DNA of 64,000 bases, taken from positions 131,877 through 195,876 of the IMG/VR virus record IMGVR_UViG_3300028603_000019, one strand, 5' to 3'. Origin of the DNA: a virus. Lineage: Duplodnaviria > Heunggongvirae > Uroviricota > Caudoviricetes. The notes below the pieces were generated by a model that searched no databases, had not been told where the DNA came from, and saw nothing but the letters and a program-made list of their open reading frames with translations. This document shows, one piece after another, positions 6,753-14,805 of the stretch; the first letter of the stretch is position 1; every line of letters starts with the position of its first letter. Position numbers and translations under genes: made by a program.

Positions 6753-8060
6753 GTGAGATTTTCTTCCTTGTCCATCATGGGTTTCAAATATCGGATCTAT
6801 CCAACACCTGAACAGAAAATTCTGTTCAAACAGGTATTTGGTAACTGTAGACTCCTATGGAATATGTTTCTTGACAAGGAAATGAAGGAATATCAGGCGA
6901 CCAAGAAATTCAACTGGTATCATGCAAATTCCAAGTGTCTTCCGGGTCTCAAGAAGCAGATGGAATTCCTGAAGATCGGTCCTTCTCAAGCATATCAGGC
7001 GGCTTTGATGGATCTTGATCAGGCTATCAAGAGGAAGTGCAAAGACAAGGCTGGAACTGGATTTCCAAAATTCAAACGCAAGAATATTTTTGAAAATGGA
7101 TTTCGTGTCGTTCAAACTCCTGATAAATGGAAATGGAACGAGGGTCATATTACTGTTCCAAAAATAGGCAACGTGAAATGGAAGCTGCACAGGGATATTC
7201 CATCAGGGTTCTCCACGGTGACAATTTCCCAAGACGGAACTGATTATTACATTAGTCTGGTAGTCGAGGTTCAGGATAATAGTCCAGTTTCTGATATCCA
7301 ATCCATGAACAATGTAATTGGCATTGATCTCAACTCCAACGATCTTGCGGTCACGTCTGACGGTGTTATCCACCAGAACCCAAAGTTCCTCAAGAAGGAC
7401 CGGAACAAGATCAAGCGGCGACAAAGACAACTGGCACGGGCACAAGCTGGATCCAATCGAAGGAAGAGACAACACCTTGCCGCCAGGAAGGCATATCGGG
7501 ATGTTTCCAGGAAGCGAAGGGACTTTTTGCACAAGCTATCGAGGGATTTCGTCTCCAACTATGACTTGATATGCCTTGAAGATTTGAATGTGAAGGGGAT
7601 GCAAAAGTTCAATGGAACCATGGTTGGTGATGCCGGATGGAGCACACTAGTCGGGATGATCGGCTACAAGGCTACTCAAGCGGGCAAACGTGTCATCAAG
7701 ATCAATCGTTGGGCACCAAGTTCAAAATGTTGTAACAATTGCGGGGAAGTGAAAGCCAAGCTTCCTACTCATATCAGGACCTATTCTTGTAATCATTGTG
7801 GAGTATCCCAATCGAGGGATATCAATGCCGCATTGAATATCAGGGATTGGGGACTTCAAGATTACCTATTGTCTACCGAATCATTTGATCCGGATTCGAG
7901 ACCAACTACCGGTGGGACGCCGGAAAGTCACGGACGGGGAGATACCTCTATCGGGGTTGGAGCGCAAGCTCCTGCTAGATATGTATCGTTGAATCGTCAA
8001 AAGTTCCTTGGCTCTCTTGTAGTGACCGAGGAAGCCTGGAAATCTTCAGTTTCCAGGTAG
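6753..8060 (+). CDS. tnpB: TnpB RNA-guided endonuclease (start may be ATG 6777)
   Basis: GFKYRIYPT N-terminus; RuvC I GIDLN, RuvC II LEDL, Zn finger CxxC..CxxC, RuvC III RDINAALNI; all three catalytic acidic residues present. Confidence 0.95.
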   Translation: MRFSSLSIMGFKYRIYPTPEQKILFKQVFGNCRLLWNMFLDKEMKEYQATKKFNWYHANSKCLPGLKKQMEFLKIGPSQAYQAALMDLDQAIKRKCKDKAGTGFPKFKRKNIFENGFRVVQTPDKWKWNEGHITVPKIGNVKWKLHRDIPSGFSTVTISQDGTDYYISLVVEVQDNSPVSDIQSMNNVIGIDLNSNDLAVTSDGVIHQNPKFLKKDRNKIKRRQRQLARAQAGSNRRKRQHLAARKAYRDVSRKRRDFLHKLSRDFVSNYDLICLEDLNVKGMQKFNGTMVGDAGWSTLVGMIGYKATQAGKRVIKINRWAPSSKCCNNCGEVKAKLPTHIRTYSCNHCGVSQSRDINAALNIRDWGLQDYLLSTESFDPDSRPTTGGTPESHGRGDTSIGVGAQAPARYVSLNRQKFLGSLVVTEEAWKSSVSR

Positions 8061-8085
8061 TTCACCGACCTGACTTTCAGTTAAT
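7870..8085 (+). ncRNA. Putative TnpB omegaRNA (reRNA) with ~20-nt guide CGACCTGACTTTCAGTTAAT at 8066-8085
   Basis: Overlaps the tnpB 3' end. Scaffold-like ACCGGTGGGACGCCGGAAAGTCACGGACGGGGAGA and TCGTTGAATCGTCAA, ending in the RE hairpin and GTAGTTCAC. 5' boundary approximate. Confidence 0.7.
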
Positions 8086-8104
8086 TCAATCTTATGGATA
8101 GGCA

Positions 8105-9463
8105 TCACTTGATTTCCTCTAGGTCACTTAGGAACTGTTCCTTCACAGTCGTCTTGTTCCAGAACGTGAGTTCCTTCTTGATTTTCTTGATCTCCTCGAT
8201 CAATTCCTTTACCAGTTCCAGAGTCAATGAGCTGATATTCAGTCGCAGGAGCCGGTCAATATCGGTATCAAGGGCATCAGTCACTTTCAGGATTTGTTCT
8301 CCCACCTGATCCTTCTTTTGATTCTTGAATACAATCAGGTCGTCCAGAACTCCCTCAATAAATTGATGCTTCACTTTCAGCCACCGAGCTTCCTCATTCA
8401 ACTTGGCCTGCATGGACTTAATTCGAGCATCCAAGATACCATTCCTGAAAAGGCAGAAGTCTCTCACAATATCCCTCTCGTCGGAATACTCCTTGAGATT
8501 TCCATCTGCCCCTATCACGGTCAGGTTTTCGGTGTGAGCCTTCACGAGTTTGAAAGCACCCCTGATCTTTTCATCATCCCAATTCGCTGAAGTCTGTTGC
8601 TTCAGCTTCACCTCAAACTTGAAGCCAGACTTATCGCATAGATCATCGTATCCAACGATATGGCCTTCATCTTCCAGTTTATCCAGAACCTTGATGTATC
8701 CCTCTCGGTCGAACCCATAAGGCACTTCGGTAATCAGGAGAACCGTCTTGGATTTTTTCTCGAAGGTGCCCTCGCAATAGTGACGGTTCTCACTTTCGTC
8801 AAACCGGACTTTACCATTGAAATGAGGATACTTGACCTTGATTCGTTTCCCGATCTTTCCGGTTTCCACAAATTCCTTGCAAGCTCGGGCAATATCGACC
8901 GGATCCCTCGGGAGAATATCGGTTGCAAATCCGGTTGCAATCCCCTTCACCCCGTTGGCAAGAACCAGAGGAATCACCGGAACATAGAAAGCCGGTGGCT
9001 CATGTTCTGGGTCGGAGTGAACAGGAGCCAGATCAAGATCCTTGACATACTTGGCAAAATTCTTGTGAAGTCGAGTATAGGTATACCGGGCAGCCGCGGC
9101 TTCCTGGACCAAGCGTGTGCCAAAAGATCCTCGTCCCTCAATCAGGCAGATATTATTGTTCCAGTCTGCTGCCATAAGTTGTCCCGTGCCTTGGGCCGAG
9201 GTTTCTCCGTGGTTGTATCCGTATCCAGAGACCACACCCGCAACGGCAGAGACTTTCTTGAACTCAGTCGAGGTATTCTTGATGGAACTATAGAGGTAGA
9301 ACCTCTGGCTTGGTTTCATTCCATCAATGCCATTTGGAATGGCCCGATTCTCTACCGTGTAAAGGGCAAAGTTTCGCCATTCATGACTGGCCAGCTTTGA
9401 AAGGGGATAAATCCCGGTTGAAGAATCAGAAGCTTGATCTTCCATAAATTCAGACAGCGACAT
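8105..9463 (-). CDS. gp52: DNA topoisomerase II medium subunit (GyrA/ParC-like)
   Basis: RAIPNGIDGMKPSQR, YNHGETS, catalytic AAARYT, GIATGFAT. Start moved to MSLSEF (AGGA RBS) because the ORF-track ATG overlaps the -10 box. Confidence 0.95.
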   Translation of the reverse strand: MSLSEFMEDQASDSSTGIYPLSKLASHEWRNFALYTVENRAIPNGIDGMKPSQRFYLYSSIKNTSTEFKKVSAVAGVVSGYGYNHGETSAQGTGQLMAADWNNNICLIEGRGSFGTRLVQEAAAARYTYTRLHKNFAKYVKDLDLAPVHSDPEHEPPAFYVPVIPLVLANGVKGIATGFATDILPRDPVDIARACKEFVETGKIGKRIKVKYPHFNGKVRFDESENRHYCEGTFEKKSKTVLLITEVPYGFDREGYIKVLDKLEDEGHIVGYDDLCDKSGFKFEVKLKQQTSANWDDEKIRGAFKLVKAHTENLTVIGADGNLKEYSDERDIVRDFCLFRNGILDARIKSMQAKLNEEARWLKVKHQFIEGVLDDLIVFKNQKKDQVGEQILKVTDALDTDIDRLLRLNISSLTLELVKELIEEIKKIKKELTFWNKTTVKEQFLSDLEEIK

Positions 9464-9491
9464 GTTCATTCCTAAGATTGGTCGTTGGTTC

Positions 9492-9520
9492 ATAATAGCT
9501 CATTTGAGGTCAAAATGCAA
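9492..9520 (-). promoter_or_regulatory. Sigma70-type promoter for gp52
   Basis: Minus strand TTGCAT-N17-TATTAT, back-to-back with repeat copy 1. Confidence 0.6.
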
Positions 9521-9535
9521 CCCCAAAATTATTTT

Positions 9536-9780
9536 CACTTTTCTTGATTTTCTGGCTTGACAGAAGCTGAAAACCCGGTATAATAAGGTTTAGGAACCGG
9601 GAAACCGTGAAGAAAGAATAATATACGTATCCTATTGCCCGATTCGGGCAACTCATATTGGTCAATTAGAATCGGACGGAGATCAAGATTCCAGGAAATC
9701 AAGAATCAGGAATATCAAGATCGAGGCGAAGCCTCATGGACGCCAGTCCATTGAATCAAGAAACCCGGAATTTCAAGATC
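9536..9780 (+). repeat. Dispersed promoter-led non-coding element, copy 1
   Basis: CACTTTTCTTGATTTTCTGGCTTGACA-N16-TATAAT; TCGGACGGAGATCAA (9672-9686); invariant 31-mer CGAGGCGAAGCCTCATGGACGCCAGTCCATT (9722-9752). Confidence 0.92.
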
Positions 9781-9807
9781 GTGTTATCATAGTGGGTGTG
9801 TGAAATT

Positions 9808-11658
9808 TCACACACCCTTTGTCACATCTTCCATCATGAATACCTTTCTCGGTTCACTGGAAGCTCCAAACATCATATCCAAGTATTGAATATCGTCCAG
9901 ATGGATCGTATCCATCACCGGATTATTGATCATGGAATCATATTCACTTTCATCGAGTGAACCGAGACCCTTGATATACCGATGATTGTAGCCCTTGGAT
10001 TCGTCCTTGAATTTGGCAGCCGCATCATACCCATAGAACCATTGAGTATCTTTGCCCTTCGATGAGATCATGATGGGTGACCGGACAATCTTGATCCTGT
10101 TTTCGGTGAACAGGCGTGGCCAAAACTTGGCGAAAAAAGCAACTAAAAGAGTCGCAATTTTTTCGCCATCACGATCTGCATCGGCCAGCACCCCAATATT
10201 CTTGTATGTGAGATCATCTACCGAATCAGGATCATTGATATTGAGACCCAGGACGCTGATCAGTTCCCCAAGTTCCTTATTCTTGAGGACGTCTGCTGCC
10301 TTCATGTTCCAGGTATTCATGACCACGCCACGGAGAGGATATGCTCCTACCATATTAGGATCACGAACCTTGAGAAGGAACCCGAGCGCAGATTGACCCT
10401 CTGTCAGGAACAACGTGGCATCTGGAGAATTGGCCGCGATGTGCTTGGCAACTTTGACTTTCTTCAATTTTTTCTGTGCGAGCCTGGCATCACGGGTTTC
10501 ATCGGCCAGTTTCTTCGCAAGCTGAGAAGCAATGATCGGGTCGATGATATCGGCCGATAGGAAAATTTTCTTGGCATAGAATACCAAGTCCTTGAGACCC
10601 GCAGCGTTGAAGTGTTCCTTCACTGCACCCTGGCTGTTGGTAAGACGCTCCTTTGTCTGGGAATCAAACTTTGGATTCTGAAAATTCTTAGCAAAGACCA
10701 CGAAGGAGAGACCGGACCTGATGGTAGACTTGGCCACCTCGATCTTGTGTTTCCTCTTGATCAGGCGGACCAGTTCTTCCACGATGGTATTGGAAATAAA
10801 GTCCACGTAGGCACCACCGAGGCGCGTGTTCACCCCGTTTACGTAGCAGTTGGGACGGAAACCGTCATTGGAACCCACAACGAAGAAGGACAGGTTCTCG
10901 GATGCCGCCATGACGACCGAACCACCTTCGTCAGTGAACATGGAAGCATAAGTCTTGAGATCCCGAACTTGGATCCGCTTCTTGTTGAAACTGAACTTCA
11001 CTTGTGGAAATGCCATCTGGAGGCCGATGAGCCGGTCTTCAAGAATCGCGAGGGTATCCTGCTCCTCCAGGGAGTCGACCTCAAAGAAGCTGAAGTCTGG
11101 AGTAAAAGTGACCTCGGTCCCGTGTCCCGACTTGGACACGACCTTGACATCAACCTTGTCGCCCCCATCGGAACAGATGACTTTCATCAACTTCCCATTC
11201 TGCCAGGTTCTTCCCTCGAATGTAGTGGACAGGAAGTTGGTAGCGGCCGATCCTAGACCATTGGCCCCGATGGAAACCCTGTCATCATCGAACGAGGTCC
11301 CCGCATTGACCTTTGTCCAGGCAGCGACAGGACGCGAAATCAGGTCACCGTTGTTAGCATCAAGGATTTCCTCGTGTGGAATTCCTCGTCCATTGTCGGT
11401 GATGGTGACTGTATTTCCGTTGATCGACACGTCGATACTATTCGCAAACTGGAATTGTGTCCTGATCGCTTCATCGATGGAGTTGTCGAGGATCTCATCT
11501 ATCATCTTGGTAAGGGCTGGGACGTAGGAGACTGTTCTCCATTTGCCCATCAAGAAACGCTCGACCGCTTCTAGTGATACACTCCCGAAATACATCCCTG
11601 TTCGCATACGAATGTGCTGTCTAGGGGTCAGGATCTGAAATTGTTCACGTGTGCTCAT
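9808..11658 (-). CDS. gp39: DNA topoisomerase II large subunit (gp39 plus fused gp60 domain)
   Basis: GHKL motifs EILDNSIDE, DNGRGIP, GANGLGS; FDSQTKERL; Toprim EGQSA and DADRDG; C-terminal RYIKGLGS. Confidence 0.95.
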   Translation of the reverse strand: MSTREQFQILTPRQHIRMRTGMYFGSVSLEAVERFLMGKWRTVSYVPALTKMIDEILDNSIDEAIRTQFQFANSIDVSINGNTVTITDNGRGIPHEEILDANNGDLISRPVAAWTKVNAGTSFDDDRVSIGANGLGSAATNFLSTTFEGRTWQNGKLMKVICSDGGDKVDVKVVSKSGHGTEVTFTPDFSFFEVDSLEEQDTLAILEDRLIGLQMAFPQVKFSFNKKRIQVRDLKTYASMFTDEGGSVVMAASENLSFFVVGSNDGFRPNCYVNGVNTRLGGAYVDFISNTIVEELVRLIKRKHKIEVAKSTIRSGLSFVVFAKNFQNPKFDSQTKERLTNSQGAVKEHFNAAGLKDLVFYAKKIFLSADIIDPIIASQLAKKLADETRDARLAQKKLKKVKVAKHIAANSPDATLFLTEGQSALGFLLKVRDPNMVGAYPLRGVVMNTWNMKAADVLKNKELGELISVLGLNINDPDSVDDLTYKNIGVLADADRDGEKIATLLVAFFAKFWPRLFTENRIKIVRSPIMISSKGKDTQWFYGYDAAAKFKDESKGYNHRYIKGLGSLDESEYDSMINNPVMDTIHLDDIQYLDMMFGASSEPRKVFMMEDVTKGV

Positions 11659-11677
11659 GGTATTCCTTTGAATTGAA

Positions 11678-11705
11678 ATGGGCGCCCGATACTTTGAGCG
11701 CCCAT
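11678..11705 (-). terminator. Hairpin, possible terminator
   Basis: ATGGGCGC/GCGCCCAT 8-bp stem between 11729..11962 and gp39; weak T tail. Confidence 0.45.
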
Positions 11706-11728
11706 CATAACTAGTCTTTTGTGATCGG

Positions 11729-11962
11729 TCAACCCCTGCCGCGCTTCACGGCTTCACGCTCGGCCTTCCGAAATTCACGTCTGCGACGAGCGATGAGTTC
11801 GCGGGTGCTACGGCAGGCTTCGTTCCCGGGCAGTCCCGCGGGTTGGATCTTCGTGATCGGAAACCCATTTGCCAGGGCTTCATCGATGAGACGGTTGTTC
11901 GCGATATTGGAGGGCTCGTTCCGCATGTTGAGTCCACCATTTCCGGTAACACGAGCAGTCAT
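11729..11962 (-). CDS. Small basic hypothetical protein (start reassigned to MTARVTGNGG)
   Basis: AAAGGAG RBS 7 nt before ATG at 11962. Confidence 0.7.
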   Translation of the reverse strand: MTARVTGNGGLNMRNEPSNIANNRLIDEALANGFPITKIQPAGLPGNEACRSTRELIARRRREFRKAEREAVKRGRG

Positions 11963-12011
11963 TTCAAATCTCCTTTGGGGTTGGGTTGGAACACTCGAGG
12001 AAAGATGCTGA

Positions 12012-12167
12012 TTAGGCAGCCTTGCTGAAATGTTCCCGGGTCTGTTTCTGAAACTCCACTTTATCTTTGCGACGAACCGCTTTTTTGGTCTTTCCGTGAG
12101 CTCCCTGTTTCTTAGCGACGATGTGTTGCACGAAGGGATCACGAGGTTTGGGCAGTGGCCTTTTCAT
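12012..12167 (-). CDS. Basic 51-aa protein (not in ORF track)
   Basis: MKRPLPKPRDPFVQHIVAKKQGAHGKTKKAVRRKDKVEFQKQTREHFSKAA*; AAGGTG RBS; overlaps the end of the upstream gene. Confidence 0.65.
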   Translation of the reverse strand: MKRPLPKPRDPFVQHIVAKKQGAHGKTKKAVRRKDKVEFQKQTREHFSKAA

Positions 12168-12327
12168 TGGCATTCACCTTTCTGATCGCTTGCATCATGG
12201 AGTCCTTGACCAGATTATACCTGACACCACGAGGCAGGCTCATGTAGTCTTTGTATTCCTGGTCGGTCATTTCCTCAATGGCCCTGCGTTCCAGGGAATT
12301 CATCATAGCAAGGAACTGGGTCATCAT
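12139..12327 (-). CDS. Small hypothetical protein (start reassigned downstream of its promoter)
   Basis: The ORF-track N-terminus runs through the promoter at 12361-12389; GGAG precedes MMTQF. Confidence 0.6.
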   Translation of the reverse strand: MMTQFLAMMNSLERRAIEEMTDQEYKDYMSLPRGVRYNLVKDSMMQAIRKVNANEKATAQTS

Positions 12328-12360
12328 AGTCTTCGGTCTCCGTCTTGGCTTCTTGTATCC

Positions 12361-12389
12361 TTTATAGACCGGGGCGCGCCCGATGTAAA
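12361..12389 (-). promoter_or_regulatory. Sigma70-type promoter
   Basis: Minus strand TTTACA-N17-TATAAA, divergent from repeat copy 2. Confidence 0.7.
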
Positions 12390-12421
12390 CCATTATTTTC
12401 AATAAATGAGACGTGAATTTT

Positions 12422-12679
12422 CTCCACTTTTCTTGATTTTCTGGCTTGACACTACTGGAAAACCGTGGTATAATAAGGATGTCCCACCGGGAAATCGGGA
12501 AGGAGATAATGTATAGATCTTGATTATTCTTTACTTGGGCCGAATCACTGTATTAAGAATCGGACGGAAATCAAGATTCCAGGAAAATCAAGACTTGTAA
12601 AGAATCAGGTAATTACAGTGACGAGGCGAAGCCTCATGGACGCCAGTCCATTATGGAAGAAACTTGGAAAAATCAAGAA
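12422..12679 (+). repeat. Dispersed promoter-led non-coding element, copy 2
   Basis: CTCCACTTTTCTTGATTTTCTGGCTTGACA-N17-TATAAT (12446-12474); TCGGACGGAAATCAA (12560-12574); 31-mer at 12622-12652. Confidence 0.92.
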
Positions 12680-13183
12680 TCATAGTCTTCCAATCCTGAA
12701 GGTATCATACTGGAAGGTAACCGATGCCTCCGGATAGATCACGTCTTGTTGGGTAATGTCCAAACTTACATCTGATAAATTAATCGGAAAACAATTCGTA
12801 AAATTCAGCTCAATATTTGGGTTCTTCTTGCTATTCATGATCTGAAGTCTGATATCTGAATACAGACCTTCTTCTGATTCGTTGATATCCCGGAACTGTT
12901 CGTGGTTTTCCGGAAACGTGATGCCGACCATCCAGTTCCATATTTCCATGTAGTTGTTCATGTTCTCATCTATGATGAATGAGACTTCAAGATTGTTGTA
13001 TTGAAGCTGATCCGGTGTTGCCCAGACATTATTGAATCTGGTTGGTTGCAGGATAGGTGAGGCGGAGATACCCGGAACTGAAATTCTCTGCGTGAAAAAC
13101 TCGACATGCGGGATCCTCTTGATCGCAATGCGGAATTCAAGAGGGGAGAAATAATTTGGAAATGGTCCGGTCGGGCTGGTCAT
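12680..13183 (-). CDS. gp3: Tail completion / sheath stabiliser (tail-tube-like)
   Basis: NYFSPLEFR..IPHVEFFTQ..PGIS, FIIDENMNNYMEIWNW, FTNCFPINLS; position next to uvsY/uvsW. Confidence 0.85.
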   Translation of the reverse strand: MTSPTGPFPNYFSPLEFRIAIKRIPHVEFFTQRISVPGISASPILQPTRFNNVWATPDQLQYNNLEVSFIIDENMNNYMEIWNWMVGITFPENHEQFRDINESEEGLYSDIRLQIMNSKKNPNIELNFTNCFPINLSDVSLDITQQDVIYPEASVTFQYDTFRIGRL

Positions 13184-13242
13184 GAACCTATTTAGCTTGG
13201 TGGGAAAACTACGCTAATTAATTCCAGGAGGAAGTTCTAAAT

Positions 13243-13710
13243 ATGAAATATATTTCAGATTCTACTGTGGGTCAATTCATCAGTGATAATCAATCAATTG
13301 TCCTTGACAGTGCAATTCGCGACACTCTGGGTTCTTGGGTAGAGGAAAATACAGAGGGTGGAATCTTAATTACCGGAACGCATTACGGTGGTATCATTAT
13401 TCAAATCAAAAACTCAGATATTATAACCCTAGGAACTCATGTGTGGACACCATCCATATTTGGATTTTCAAGTATGATAACATTTTGTCAAGATTCGGAT
13501 ACTACTATTCTGAATAAAATACTGCCAAGTCTTTTGGCATTTAATAGAAGTGTCCTTACAACTTCTTTTCGGGACGATAATGAAAAAAATATGTGGATTC
13601 AAGCCTGTGATATTATAGACAAAAAATATTTTGTATACCGTTCAAAGGGGAAAATTATTACAGAAAATGCAGATTTTGATGCCTTTTATATTACGGATGT
13701 TGAAAGATGA
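13243..13710 (+). CDS. Hypothetical protein
   Basis: AGGAGG RBS; AT-rich; CTAAATA overlaps the start. Confidence 0.65.
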   Translation: MKYISDSTVGQFISDNQSIVLDSAIRDTLGSWVEENTEGGILITGTHYGGIIIQIKNSDIITLGTHVWTPSIFGFSSMITFCQDSDTTILNKILPSLLAFNRSVLTTSFRDDNEKNMWIQACDIIDKKYFVYRSKGKIITENADFDAFYITDVER

Positions 13711-14312
13711 AAACATTACAGCAAATTTTAGCCGAATCTCCAGTAAGAATTAATTTCAGGACCAATCCTTATAGTGTCAATTTTGATGATCCTGTCATTA
13801 ATTCTGAAACCCTAGAAATGTGGTTATCTGAAAATATTCGGAGAATCAAGAAACTCGATACCAAACATAATCTTCTTGAATATACCAAGAAGGGTTCCAA
13901 ACACACGTTTGTACATAATCTAAATGATAATATGATAGACGCATTTGTTGTATGGTATCCGATAGTATCTCCTACAAAATCCTTGACAGTTTCATCTGCC
14001 TGGAGGAGAAAATCAAATCTTTTCATTTCAGATCCTATAGGATATCTCTATTTTGATTATCTGTTGCCCAAATACGGATCATTGAAATCTGACATCAGAC
14101 AAACTCCACATGGAGAAAAATTCTGGAAAGAGAAAATTCTTCCAAGAGCCGAGAAAGAAGGTCTTCATATAGGTCTTGTTAATGATAAGATACTGGAAGA
14201 ATGGAAATCTCCTAAAATACCTCTAAATGACTGGTTACGTGAAAAGGATGCCTGGGGAACGTCAAGACGACAAGAGGATATGAGTTTCATCATTTCCAAG
14301 AGGAAGTTCTGA
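13707..14312 (+). CDS. Hypothetical protein with T4 capsid-targeting-like N-terminus; possible internal head protein
   Basis: MKTLQQILAE resembles T4 CTS MKTYQEFIAE; SDxxQTxxGxxFW motif. Confidence 0.7.
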   Translation: MKTLQQILAESPVRINFRTNPYSVNFDDPVINSETLEMWLSENIRRIKKLDTKHNLLEYTKKGSKHTFVHNLNDNMIDAFVVWYPIVSPTKSLTVSSAWRRKSNLFISDPIGYLYFDYLLPKYGSLKSDIRQTPHGEKFWKEKILPRAEKEGLHIGLVNDKILEEWKSPKIPLNDWLREKDAWGTSRRQEDMSFIISKRKF

Positions 14313-14314
14313 AT

Positions 14315-14752
14315 ATGACCCTCGAGGAAATTGAAAAAGAGTGGGAACAAGATGCGAAAATTGATGAAACCAATCTTGTCAGGGCATCTTCCGATATTCC
14401 AAAGTTCCACTCCAAATATTACAAACTCCTGGTTCGCTCCGCACTCAAGGTCAAGAAACTAAAGGGTGACCTCACGGAATTGGAGCGCCTGAAATTTGAA
14501 TACTACAACGGATCACTGCCAGAAGAGGACCTGAAGGCAAAAGGCTGGAAGCCAAATGCCCTCAAGATCCTCCGCGCTGATATTCCAAGATACATCGACT
14601 CGGACAAGGACATCATTGACCTGTCCATGAAAATCAGCTATCATTCAGAGATCACCAAGTTTCTGGAAGACATTATTCGACAGGTGAACAACCGAAACTT
14701 TATCATCAAGAGCATGATTGACTTCATGAAATTTTCAAATGGCGGCTATTGA
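14315..14752 (+). CDS. uvsY: Recombination mediator UvsY
   Basis: LEEIEKEWEQDAKID....IPKFHSKY; RQVNNRNFIIKSMIDFMKFSNG. Confidence 0.92.
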   Translation: MTLEEIEKEWEQDAKIDETNLVRASSDIPKFHSKYYKLLVRSALKVKKLKGDLTELERLKFEYYNGSLPEEDLKAKGWKPNALKILRADIPRYIDSDKDIIDLSMKISYHSEITKFLEDIIRQVNNRNFIIKSMIDFMKFSNGGY

Positions 14753-14805
14753 AAAAATCAGCTAAATAGGTACAAGAAAGCACAATTACATGATGTGAAA
14801 ATCCC

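Larger units (their letters stand above)
5852..8065 (+). mobile_element. IS605-type (IS200/IS605 family) element: divergent truncated tnpA, intact tnpB, one cargo ORF
   Basis: Right end is hairpin CCTGGAAA-tcttcag-TTTCCAGG then TAGTTCAC (8035-8065). A 23-bp perfect reverse-complement copy of 8043-8065 lies at 5852-5874 (putative left end). tnpA and tnpB diverge. Confidence 0.75.

Noticed and set aside
7909-7945. Short matches between the omegaRNA scaffold (CCGGTGGGAC, CGGACGG) and the dispersed repeats, suggesting trans-encoded omegaRNAs
   Set aside because: The matches are only 7-10 nt and one is on the opposite strand. The repeats lack the RE hairpin and GTAGTTCAC end, so this is compatible with chance.
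8066-8085. A second target for the TnpB guide inside the window
   Set aside because: By eye I found only matches of about 8 nt (e.g. near 49940); a computational search of the whole genome and host is needed.
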